Below, in pieces: positions 24,756 to 35,709 of a stretch of 64,000 nt of DNA. The stretch comes from Malacoraja senta (lineage: Eukaryota). The notes beneath the pieces are model-generated. The model saw only the letters and a program-made list of their open reading frames with translations. It did no database searches and had not been told where the DNA came from. Positions within the stretch are counted from its first letter, which is position 1; each line of letters starts with the position of its first letter. The stretch lies in the NCBI GenBank assembly GCA_038087875.1, contig CM075995.1, positions 9,798,001-9,862,000 on the forward strand, read 5' to 3'. The position numbers and the translations under genes are program-made.

Positions 24756-26029
24756 CAGTGCATTCAGAAAGTATTCAGACCCCTTCACTTTTTCCACATT
24801 TTGTTACTACAGCCTTATTTTAAAGTGGATTAAATTCTTTTTTTTCCCATCAATCTACACACAATACCCCTGAATGAAGAAGCAAAAACAGGTGTTTAGA
24901 AATATTTGCAAAGTAATTAATAAGAAATAACTGAAATATCACATTTACATAAGTATTCAGACCCTTTGCTCTGACACTCAAAATTGAGCTTAAGTTCTTC
25001 CTGTTTCCATTGATTACCCTTGAGATGTTTCTACAACTTGATTGGAGTCCACCAGTGGTAAATTAAATTGATTGGACATGATTTGGAAAGGCACACACCT
25101 GTCTATATAAGGTCCCACAGTTGAGGTGCATATCAGGGCAAAAAACAAGCCATGAAGACGAAGGAATTGTCCGTAGACCTCCGAGACAGGATTGTGTCGA
25201 GACACAGATCTGGGGAAGGGTATAAAACAATTTCTGCAGCATTGCAGGTCCCGAAGAGCACAGTGGGCTCCGTCATTCTTAAATGAAAGAACTTTGGAAC
25301 CACCAGGACTCTTCATAGAGCTGGTTGCCCGGCCAAACTGAACAATCGGGGGAGAAGGGCCTTGGTCAGGGAGGTGACCAAGAACCTGATGGTCACTCTG
25401 ACAAAACTCCAGAGTTCCTCTGTAGAGATGGGAGAACATTCCAGAAGGACAACTATATCTGCAGAACTCCACCAATCAAGCCTTTATGGTAGAGTGGCCA
25501 GACAGAAGCCACTCCTCAGTAAAAGGCACATGACAGTCCGCTTGGAGTTTATCAAAAGGCACCTAAACAAGATTCTCTGGTCTGATGTGGCTTTGTGACA
25601 AGTCTGTGAATGTCCTTGAGTGGCCCAGCCAGAGCCCAGACTTGAACCCGATGGAACATGTCTGTAGGGACCTGAAAATAACTGTGCATCAACGCTCCCC
25701 ATCCAACCTGACAGAGCTTGAGAGGACCTGCAGAGAAGAATGGGAGAAATTACCCAAATACAGGTGTGCCAAGCTTGTAGCTTCATATCCAAGAAGACTT
25801 GACGCTGCAATTGCTGCCAAAGGTGCCTCAACAAAGTACTAAGTAAAATGTCTGAATATTTATATAAATGTGATATTTCAGTTATTTCTTTTTAATTACT
25901 TTGCAAAAATTCTAAACACCTCTTTTTGCTTTTTATGATGGACTATTATGTAATCAATTTTAGAATAAGGCTGTAGCGTAACAAAATGTGGAAAAAGTGA
26001 AGGGGTCTGAATACTTTCTGAATGCACTG
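24756..26029 (+). mobile_element. Tc1/mariner DNA transposon, internally deleted, long IR/DR-type TIRs, TA target duplication
   Basis: TA|CAGTGCATTCAGAAAGTATTCAGACCCCTTCAC ... GTGAAGGGGTCTGAATACTTTCTGAATGCACTG|TA; inner repeat AAGTATTCAGACC at 24951; flanks rejoin into a CR1 3' UTR. Confidence 0.95.
25152..25842 (+). pseudogene. Tc1 transposase remnant
   Basis: MKTKELSVDLRDRIVSRHRSGEGYKTIS..ILK*KNFGTT..YGRVARQKPLL..KILWSD / VLEWPSQSPDLNPMEH..GASTKY; premature stop and loss of the middle of the DDE domain. Confidence 0.93.
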
Positions 26030-27009
26030 TATGGGCCAAGTACAGACAAGTGGAATTATCCCAATTAGGCAACTTGGTCGGCATGGATATGTTGTGCTGA
26101 AGAGCCTGATTCTGTGCAGATTCTGTCTGGGACTCTATAACACTCCGGGGAGAACAGACCCAGCCTCTCCTGTCTCTCCTCTTGTATCCGAATACACCAT
26201 CCCATGCAACATCCTGATGAATCTCCTCTGCCCCCTCTCCTGAATGATCCCATTCTTCCCGTAGTGTGATGACCAGAACAGAGCAAAATACTCCAGTTGT
26301 GGTTGAACCAAGTTGTACATGGAACACAATAACAGGCCCTTTGGCCCACAATGTCTGTGCTGAACTTGATGCCAAGCCTATCACTATCCACTTGCACTTA
26401 ATCCATAAGCCTCCATCGCTGCTCTTACATTCTGTGCACTGGCTAATGAAGGCCAATATACTGTGTGCTGGCTTGCCCACTCCACCTGCCATGCTATCTT
26501 CAGGGATCCTTAGACTTGTACACCAAGGTGCCCGTGTTCCTCATCACTCTCCAGAGCCTTCTATCTGTGGCACACGACCAACCCTGCCCTTACTATTCCA
26601 TACAAAGTGCATCATCAGTAGCTCCCAGCCCATCATACACCACACTAGCTGATCGACACCATATGCCTGTCATTAGCACATGATAGGGCGGTGACTTTGG
26701 GGTCGTTTTGGAGGAGGCATGGGGGGGGCTTTGACATTTAGGACACAGGATTCGGGACACAGAGCTCTGGCGGTGGTGATAGGGGAGAGGAGTCTGGGGC
26801 AGGCAGGATGGATAAGATGGGTTCTGGGACAGAGGCAGAGGCAAAAGGTAGGGGTCGGATTCATGGAAGGAGTCTAAGGAGAAGGGGCTCTGGAGGAGGA
26901 GACTGGGGTGGAGTCAGTTGAGGCAGAGACACCCTGGGAAAATGGTTCTCGTAGATAGACAGTCTACCATTTCTATGCCTCTTATAATTGTATATGTCAT
27001 CTATCAAGT

Positions 27010-27745
27010 GACACCAGGTGGCGCCAGCAATGGCTGCCTCGCCAACAGTCTGTCTGTCCCTTCCTTCTTTGTTGTTTTAATAGTATGTGTTAAATGTATG
27101 TTTTTGGGTTCATTGGCTTGTTTTATGTGGGTGGTTGGGGGGAACTTTTTCTAAGCTCGTACGTTGACGGAGATTCAAATTTTTTCCGTATCGTATCTCC
27201 ATCCACACTGCGGCCTAACATCGAGGAGTTGGCGGCCTCTGCTGGGAACCTGCGGGACTTACCATCGCAGAGCTGGCGAACCCTGTCGGGATCGACCTTG
27301 GAGCTCCAACCGCAGGAGCCTGTGGACTTAAACATCATGGAGCTCGCGGTCTCTGGTTAGAGGCCGACTTCAGGATCTCCAAGCCTCAGGAGGTTCGATT
27401 GCCCTGACGCGGGAGCTTCGATCGGCCCAACGCGGGAGCTTCGACCGCCCCGACACGGGAGCTTCGATCGCCCCGACACGGGAGCTTCGATCACCGGCTG
27501 TGAGAGCTTCGACTGCCCCGATTGCGGATGGTTCGACTGCCCCGACCGTAGGAGAATAAAGTGGAAGAAGATTGGACTTTATTGACTTCCATCACAGTGA
27601 GGAATGCGGAGAATCTGCTGTGGTGGATGTTTATCTGAACTTTTATGTAGTTGTGTGTCTTGTTGCTTTTTTTTTTGTATGGCTGTATGATAATTCACAT
27701 ATTACTGTACCTTAATTGGTACATGTGACAATAAAAGACCTTTGA
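27010..27745 (+). mobile_element. Non-autonomous retroposon-like insert with internal 23-bp CpG-rich tandem repeat and LINE-type tail
   Basis: Interrupts a minus-strand CR1 remnant; GGGAGCTTCGATCGCCCCGAC(A/G)C units at about 27385-27545; tail GTGACAATAAAAGACCTTTGA resembles the Rex1/Babar tails elsewhere in the window. Confidence 0.6.
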
Positions 27746-28595
27746 AGTCTTCCCTCAACCTCCAATGTTCCATTGAAATCAAGCCAAGCATGTCCAACCT
27801 GTCCCTGTAACTGAAACCCTCTCATCAAGGCAGCATTCTGGTAAACATCCTCTGCTCCAAAGTTGCCACATTCTTCCTGCAATGGGGTGGCCTGAACGTC
27901 ATGCAATAGTCTATATGCAGCCTAACCAAAGTCCTATAAAGCAGCATCATTATTTCCTGACTCTTACACTCAATGCCCCGATCTATCTACTTGCGTGGCC
28001 ACTTTCAGGAAGTTATGGACATGGACCCCAAGATCCCTCTGTACATCAATGCTGTTAAAGATTGTGCCACTGATTGCATATTCTGCCATTACATTCGACC
28101 TTCTGAAGTACAACACCTCACATTTGCTCATATTAAACTCCATCTGCCATTCCTCCACACATTTCTGCAGCTGATCTGTATCCCACTGCATAGTTTGACA
28201 ACCATCCCCACAGTCTGCGTCTCTAGCAATTTTGGAAGAAACAAGAATCCGCATAACTGTGGCACAGCAAGAGGCCAGAGTGTACTGGCATCAAAGTCAA
28301 GACCCTCCGCAACAAAGGGTTCATGACAAGCATGCAGTGTGTAGGATGTGGCCAGCTCACACTGGGTTAACAACTGTGTGTAGGGTAACAGAAACTGATG
28401 GGGCAGTGCAGACTGACTGACTCGTGAGGGGTTAACAGGGTTGGGTGCAGTGTGACAGAGACTGAAGGGGCAGTGTGGAGTGACAGTGGATAACAAAGAG
28501 TTAACAGTGTCGGAAATTGACAGGGCAGTGTACAGAGCTTCAATGGATCACGAGGAGTTAATAGGGCAGGTCTAGACTGGCACCAGAACATAAAG

Positions 28596-29638
28596 TAGGT
28601 ATGTTACAATACTTACCTTCAGAGGCGCTGTAATTCTGCCACTGGCCGTGTGCGCGATTTTGGCGCCTTTGAGAGGGGGGGGCGGGGTTAAAACGCGGGT
28701 TTCTCCTACCTTGTCCTGTATTATATTTCGTTGGAGTACAAGCTTTTGCGGAAGAATCGTTCCGAGGGGCGTTTTGAGTATTTCTTTTTTTAAATCTCCC
28801 GACAATTTCAGCGCTGCAGTCATTTTAAAATCAGCTTCTGAAGCCGTCAACGCCAACAACGGGGACGGATTTCACGTACGGGAAAGGTAAACGAAAGTGG
28901 TTTATTTTAATGTATAAACGTTCTCCTTAAGAGGCCTTTAATTCACATTTTTACATGCAAAACGGTGATTCTTTTCCCCGAACTAACGGCAGTATTTTTC
29001 ATGCCGATACGGGGTTAAATTCACCGCAAATCAACGTTCCAAATGATCGCGTTCCAGAAAATCCCACTCGCAAGATGATATAAATGCCCATTAATTTACA
29101 GGTATTAAACATTCAATTTCTTCCATTTGGCCTATAAATCCATGACAATGAGATTTAAAAATTATGTTATATTGTGAATTCTTGTGTGAATGTTATTTGG
29201 ACACTTAGGCTATTAAAAAATGTTAATCTATTCTTAAGAAATTGATAGATGTTTAGATCTAGTAATTGAATTTTGTAATTAGTTACAATTAGGTAACTAA
29301 CTAATTATATGCTTTAATTTCAGGTCATCCAAGTAAGATTGTTTCATATTTGTTTCAGAATGCTTCAATCTATAATAACTGAACATTTCTTTCAGTTCTC
29401 TTAATTTTTAAGAAAGTTATGGGCTTTTGACTGTCCTCGATCACAGCTTTTGTGTTAAGTCAATGGAAAAGCAATAGGGAACAAGATGCTAATTTCCGAG
29501 TATGAAGATGGCCAACATTTTTAATACTGAAGATATGAAAGTGAATTAGGTGTCAAATTAAACTTCTTTTTATGCTTTATCTGATGGGATAAATTGCAGA
29601 CTTTATTTTTTAAATCTCAAAATTTTGTAACATTGCTA
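28596..29638. mobile_element. Non-autonomous hAT-like DNA transposon (about 1.04 kb, AT-rich)
   Basis: Imperfect TIRs TAGGTATGTTACAA / TTGTAACATTGCTA; flanking direct repeat CATAAAG at 28589-28595 and 29639-29645. Confidence 0.8.
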
Positions 29639-29864
29639 CATAAAGGGTTAAGAAGCATTGTGGCACTATCTGGATCACGAAGGGTTAATGGGACTGTGAT
29701 GGGCTGACGACACTGGTTGAGGAATGGTTAATGGGCTGACACCGGCTCGGGAAGGGTTAATGGGACTGTGATGGGCTGACACTGGTTGAAGAAGGGTTAA
29801 TGGGCTGACACCGGCTCGGGAAGGGTTAAGAGGCAGGGCTACACTGATGAAACTTGATACGCAC

Positions 29865-29949
29865 CCAGACAACACATCTGCGTCAGTAGGTAATGGTTAA
29901 CCTCTCGTTCCCGGGTGTAACTACACCAGACACCCTGCTCGCTCCACAT
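29865..29949 (-). CDS. PLEC: Plectin alternative first exon 1g-like
   Basis: Hand translation (too short for the ORF track) MWSEQGVWCSYTREREVNHYLLTQMCCL + G|GTGCGT, phase 1 (85 nt); C-terminal HYLLTQMCCL resembles mammalian 1g GYLYQQLCCV (from memory); lies between 1b and 1a. Confidence 0.78.
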
Positions 29950-30469
29950 GATGCCGGAGTCCTGCCCCAGCTCGCCGCTGCTCCACAGCCTCAGCTCGCC
30001 GCTGCTCCACTGCCTCGGGCCCGGCTCAACTTACAGTCTTGTTCCCCTCAGCAACCAATGTGAAGCACAGCCACACCCAGCCGCTACCCCGTCCCCAGCC
30101 TGGCCTCCGCTTCAGCCCCACCCTCCACATACCCAACATCATGGAGCTTGGCTCCGCAGCCAACACCCAGCCACACAACTTGCAAGTTAAAAGGGCAACG
30201 CCGCAGGGGCACTTTGCATCTCTCCACCGCTTCAAGCACTGAACCCTCGGCAACATGAATGATGCATGCATGGCGCAAACAACAATTGGATGGGGTAACG
30301 GGGTAAGAAGGGCCCCGCGAGTCGCGCTTCTACTTCTGAATGACATTTACACTCGGAGTTAGCAGGATAACGGGCAAGATGTCCATTTCTGTTCCTCCGG
30401 GGAGATTTAGGTAGTCACAGACCACAGAATCGGCATCGAAATTCCCAGTGCTCCACTCCGCCCTCTTTT

Positions 30470-30684
30470 CTCCCTCAGTACTGCCCCCTCCCTCGGTGCG
30501 GCGCTCCCTCAGTACAGCCCCTCCCACAGTGCGGCGCTCCCTCAGTACTGCCCCCTCGGTGCGGCGCTCCCTCAGTACAGCCCCTCCCACTGCGGCGCTC
30601 CCTCAGTACTGCCTCCTCAGTGCGGCGCTCCCTCAGTACTGCCCCCTCCCTCGGTGCGGCGCTCCCTCAATACCGCCCCTCCCA
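30470..30684. repeat. About 30-35-bp tandem repeat GTGCGGCGCTCCCTCAGTACTGCCC.. (resembles the Deu-SINE core motif)
   Basis: 6-7 copies seen; the SINE-core relationship is from memory. Confidence 0.85.
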
Positions 30685-33600
30685 TAATCGAACTCAAAAA
30701 TAACTTTCACCTTCAAAGCCCGTGGAAAATTTGAGCTCCTCATTTGTCCCCTCCCCCTTAACTCTCAGTGGTCTGAGGTTTGAGGTCGAAAGGTGTTTCT
30801 CTGAGCTGTGACCAATGAATTCTGCAGGGATCAGTGCTGTAACCTTTTTTAATAAGTTTGTTAATAAGTTTGTTAATAACTTTGCAGACACCACCAAATC
30901 GGAGGAGTTTAAAGAAGATGTGCAGGGCATTATTTTTTCGGATGGTGGTTGCCTGGAATGCATTGCCATAGGTGGTGGAATCAGTTGAGATAGTGAAGTA
31001 TAAAAGGCTTTTCGGTAGGCACAAGGATATGGAGGGAATGAATGGACATGGATTATATGCAGGCAGATGAGATTGGTTTAACAACATTATGTTCAGCACA
31101 GACATTGTGGGCTGAGTAGCCTGTACCTGAACTCAATTGTATTATGTCCTATGTTTCAATAAGATTGCTTCTCATTCTTGGAAAGTACTGTCAGTCCCAA
31201 CCTAGAGTAAGAGCCAAATATCACAGGAACAATCCCTGCAGCCCTCCACGTCCATACCAACCATCAGGTTCCTATCTATACATCCCATTTACTTGATCCA
31301 TATTTTTCTCTGTCTTGGCAATTCAAGTATTCATCTGGATACATGTCAAGTGTTAGAGAATCTGCCCCCACCACCAATCAGACAGTGTGCTCCAGATTCC
31401 AACCCGTGGTATGCATGCCTTCATCAGACACAGCAATGGGGACAAGAGATGAAACATCATGTTACAGCTTTACAAGTCACTGGTGAGACTCCTTTTGAAG
31501 TATTGGTCCGCCATGGAGCATGGAAACTGGTCCTTCAGCCCAGCTATGCCAACCAAGATGCCCATCAAAGCTAGTCTCATTTGCCCATGTTTGGTCAAAT
31601 GGACTACTTTCCCCTTTCGATCTTTTCCTTCATACCTTAAACTAGTACCCATTAATTTTAGGATCCCCTACCATGGGAAAATGATCAGGTCACCCTTCAG
31701 CTTCCTTGGCTCCATGGAAAGCAATGCCAGCCTGTCCAGCCGCTCCTTATAACTCAAGCACTCCAATCCCAGCAATATCCTTGTAAATCTTTTCATCACC
31801 CTCTTTCACTTAATTACACCAACATGAACAACATTTAAAAGACGTTTGTTCAGATATATGGATAAGAAAGGTTTATATGGATTGGGGCCAAATGGGACGA
31901 GTTGGGCCAAAGGGTCTGTTTCGGTCGAATATAGACACAAAAAGCTGGAGTAACTCAGCGGGACAGGCAGCATCTCTGGAGAGAAGGATGGGTGATGGTT
32001 CAGGTCGAGACCCTTCTTCAGAAGGTCTGTTTCGATGTTGTACTATTCTGTGACTCCACAACGACACAGCATAGCAAAATAATCCTTCATCAGATCCAAG
32101 GGATTCTGAGGGACAGGATTGATTTGCATTTGTAAAGGTAGGGACTGATTAGGAGTTATCATGGCTTTGTGCATGAGAAATTGTGTTGCACAAACTTGAT
32201 TGAATTTTTTTAAGAGGATGGACAAGGGCAAGGTGGTACGTGGACTTTCACAAAGCATTTTAAAAGTAACAAAATGGCAGACCAATCTGTAAGGTTAAGA
32301 TTACAAATTAGTTTGGTGTTGGAAAACCGGGGTGGGTGGGCAGGCTTGTGACTGGTGGCATGTAACAGTAATCGGGGTGTGGCTTGTCATAGATATTAAC
32401 AATGTTTGTAGGTAATGTGATCAGTATGTTTGCAGATGATGTATTGGTGGTACAGCAGACAGTGAAGGTGCTTGTCTAAGAATACAATAGGATATTGATC
32501 AACTGGGAAAGTGGCCAAAGGAATTGCGGATGGAATATAATGCAGGCAAAAATTAAGTGATGCATTTTGGGAAAATAAACTAGGGCAATGATGCAGCAGA
32601 ATAGAGATGAGGAAGCAAATTTGGACAGGAATGGCAGATGGAGTTTAATCTGGCACGTGTGAGATGTTGCACACTTTGGGAGGTCAAATGAAAGGGGAAA
32701 GTATAATGGCACAACCCTCAGCGACTGATAGAAACATAGAAAATAGGTGCAGGAGTAGGCTATTCTGCCTTCGAGCCAGCACCACCATTCAATATGATCG
32801 CGGCTGATCATCCAAAATCAGTACCATGTTCCTGCTTTCTCCCCATATCCCTTGATTCCCTTAGTCCCAAGACCATCAGAGAACTCCATCAGAGATAAAT
32901 CTAACTGATGTACAGAGGGATCTCGGGGTCCAAGCACACTACTCCCTGAAAGTGGCAACACAAGTGGGTAGAGTGGTAAAGAAGCTATATGGTATGCTTG
33001 CCTTCTTTGGTCAGGGCATTGAGTTTCAAAGTATGTTATCTCTACTTGTTTTCTGGGAGGCCGAGAGAGAACCTGATAGAAATTTATAAAATTATGAGAG
33101 TCATGACTGGTGTATAGTCACGATGGAAATATCAAAGACTAGAGAACATAGCTTTAAGACGAGAGGGGGAGAGTTTAAAGAAGGTATGCATGGTGGATTT
33201 TTTAATATATAAAGGCAGTGCTGGGGGTGGTGGCAGATACAATACGATGCTTATAGACAGGCATGGATATGCAGGGAATGGAGCAATTATGGATCACAGG
33301 CAGGCAGAAGAATTTAGTTCTCTCGAAACCTCAGCCTGAATTATGTCCTCCAGTGTTAAGACAATACTTTGGAGAAATGTTTCTCAAAATCTATGTTATC
33401 AGGTCACTGCACAGCTACCTACAGTCCAAGGAAAATTCCAGCCTATTGAAATTCAAGTTATGCAGCATGGAAACAGGCCCTTCGGCCCACCTCACTCACA
33501 TCGACCAAGTTTTCCACCTGAGCTTGACCCATTTTCTCACATTGGGCATCTATCCCTCTCAAACCTTCCTATCCATGAACCTGTCCAAATCTCTTTTAAA

Positions 33601-34468
33601 CATTGTAATTGTAGCCAATTTGCACTGACTGACCATGACTGAGAAACAGCTGTTTCTCCAACACATCAGCCCCTCTGTCTGTGATCCAGGCAAGGAAGCA
33701 AACACTGAGCTGTCACCACTCAGCACCATCTCTGTACCGCACAGTCCAAAGCTGCACGCACACAGGCCCTTTGCCCATCCAGCCTGTGCTGGCTCTTTTG
33801 GTTCACTCCCCTGCCCTGACCCTTGTCCCAGAATGTACCCCTGGTGTCCCTCACTGGTAAACTCATTTTGCTGTTACATCGACCTGCCACATAAATCCTC
33901 CTCACCCTAATTTATCCACCGACTCTCCAATCCCTACCAGCTCCTCGCATTCACTGTCAAAACCACTCCAATTCTCCACACCTCTCAACCTTAGTCCAAA
34001 GAGCAGCCCAACTTCTCAGTCATCGAGCCCAACACCCAGAAACACAATGGAAAACGACCTCTAAACAAGGTCTCTATACAATAATGTCACCACAGTGTGC
34101 ATGCCCCTTTTAAGGAGGTCCCCACAGTCTCCATAGCTTTCTTAAAGTGCCATGACTATATTAAGCAGGTCTCCACGACGTGCATAGTCCTTTTAAACAG
34201 GTCTCTGTGCAATAGCAGCTTCAAGCAGTCCCTAAAGCGTGCATAGCCCTTTTAAGCAAGTCTCATCGTGTGCACAGCCGCTTTAAGCAGGTCCCCACAG
34301 GCAGTCGGGCTTGTCATTACAGCAAGTTGCCATGGAGCTAAAAGTACACAGCCGCCATTTTCTCAGTTAAATGCCGACTGGTTAAATCAGCTGGAGTCCC
34401 GTTGCCTGTCGAGTGGGTCCCACAGCTGGCGAGGCGGAACCTCGGTGTCCGCCCACCCCGCGCCTTAC

Positions 34469-34577
34469 CTGATCTCTGCCTCTTCCTCTTCCTCCAGTGC
34501 CAGACCACCAGCAAGGTGACAAGATGCCCCAACACCACCAGCGAGGGCAGCAGCCGGTCGGGGGAGCCTTGAGGCAT
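34469..34577 (-). CDS. PLEC: Plectin alternative first exon 1b-like (mitochondrial signal-anchor type)
   Basis: MPQGSPDRLLPSLVVLGHLVTLLVVWHWRKRKRQRS + G|GTAAGG, phase 1 (109 nt); close match to mammalian 1b MEPSGSLFPSLVVVGHVVTLAAVWHWRR; sits in a CpG-rich island (about 34360-34920). Confidence 0.93.
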
Positions 34578-35487
34578 GAGGGGGATGACGTCTGCGCTCC
34601 TCAGCCAGACACGTAGACCAGGGCAGGCTGCAGGCGGAGCGCTGTCTCGGCGGCCGGCCACCCTCTGCAATGCAGCGCCGCGATGCTGCACCTCCCTCAG
34701 CTGTCTGTCCCTCCCTCCCTCCCTCCCTCACTCCCTCACTCACTCACTCACTCCATCGCGGCCACTCTGTGCGCTGCCGCAGCCAAGGGGAGCGAGGAGC
34801 AAGAGGAAGAGGCAGGGACAGAGTCGGAGGGAGAGAGCAGTTGGCGACGGTCCAATGTGGGCTCGGGCCGCAGAGTGCGCTATCACTGAAGCAGGAGCCG
34901 CCGCCACAGTTCACTCCCCACTCCCTGCAATATCTTGATATCACTATGTTTATCTGCTTATTTCTCCCCTCTGTCACTCTCTCCCCATTGCCTGTATCCT
35001 CTTGCTTTGCTCTCCACCCCCTCTCTCGTTCTTTCTGTCTCCCCCTCCCTCCCGTCCGTCTGTTTCTCTCTCTTGCCCTGTTTCTCTCTCCCTCTCCTAG
35101 TCTTTTACTCCTGCCCCCACACTCCCACCCCTGTTAGTTTGCCCCCACTCTCCCCTCAATACTCCCGTTTTCCGTTTAACTGTATTCAATGTCCTCTCCC
35201 TCTCGGCCACACAAAGGGTCACAGCGGGGATGGCAGTTCCTATTTACAGGTGTCACCTTTACAAAGGAATCTAGTTTTCACATTTAACGCATACGTAAAT
35301 AGTTCCCTGGCTCCTCGCCAGTTTAGACCAAAGATACTGGTTTAGACCAGGAGGAGAGGCCAGGAGTATTTTAAGAGAAGTTGCTGCCAGTAAATTCAAA
35401 ACATGATTCAAAGCAGATGAGAATTTGACTCCGCTGAAATTGTGGCAAATATGTGAATGCCCAGCGTCAAGGTGGCGCGGCACCTAC

Positions 35488-35503
35488 CCGGAATCAACTT
35501 CAT
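35488..35503 (-). CDS. PLEC: Plectin alternative first exon 1d-like (coding part, 16 nt)
   Basis: ATG AAG TTG ATT CCG G|GTAGGT = MKLIP, phase 1; mammalian 1d is MKIVP; lies between exons 1 and 1b; AT-rich TATA-like element at 35636-35643. Confidence 0.8.
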
Positions 35504-35709
35504 TCACCTCGACTCCCGCAACGGGGGCAGCAGAAGGGTCTGGAGGGGCCCAGAACCCAGAGAGTGTAGTGCGACACACCGCCAGCCGACTCTACACAGC
35601 ACAAGAGTACCGTTGTCCCCTGTGAGGGGCTGCGATATAAATATCCTCTGATTAAAGGCTGCGGGCATGGCAGTCCGGCTCAAGGACATGAGATCCTGCC
35701 AGCAGTGAT

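Noticed and set aside
30470..30684. CRISPR-like array (constant repeat with short variable spacers)
   Set aside because: Spacers are under 12 nt and related to each other, the context is a vertebrate intron and there are no cas genes; ordinary minisatellite.
34060..34300. Recurrent TTAAGCAGGTC motif downstream of exon 1b as a regulatory array
   Set aside because: Best explained as an old, degenerate tandem repeat of about 30 bp.
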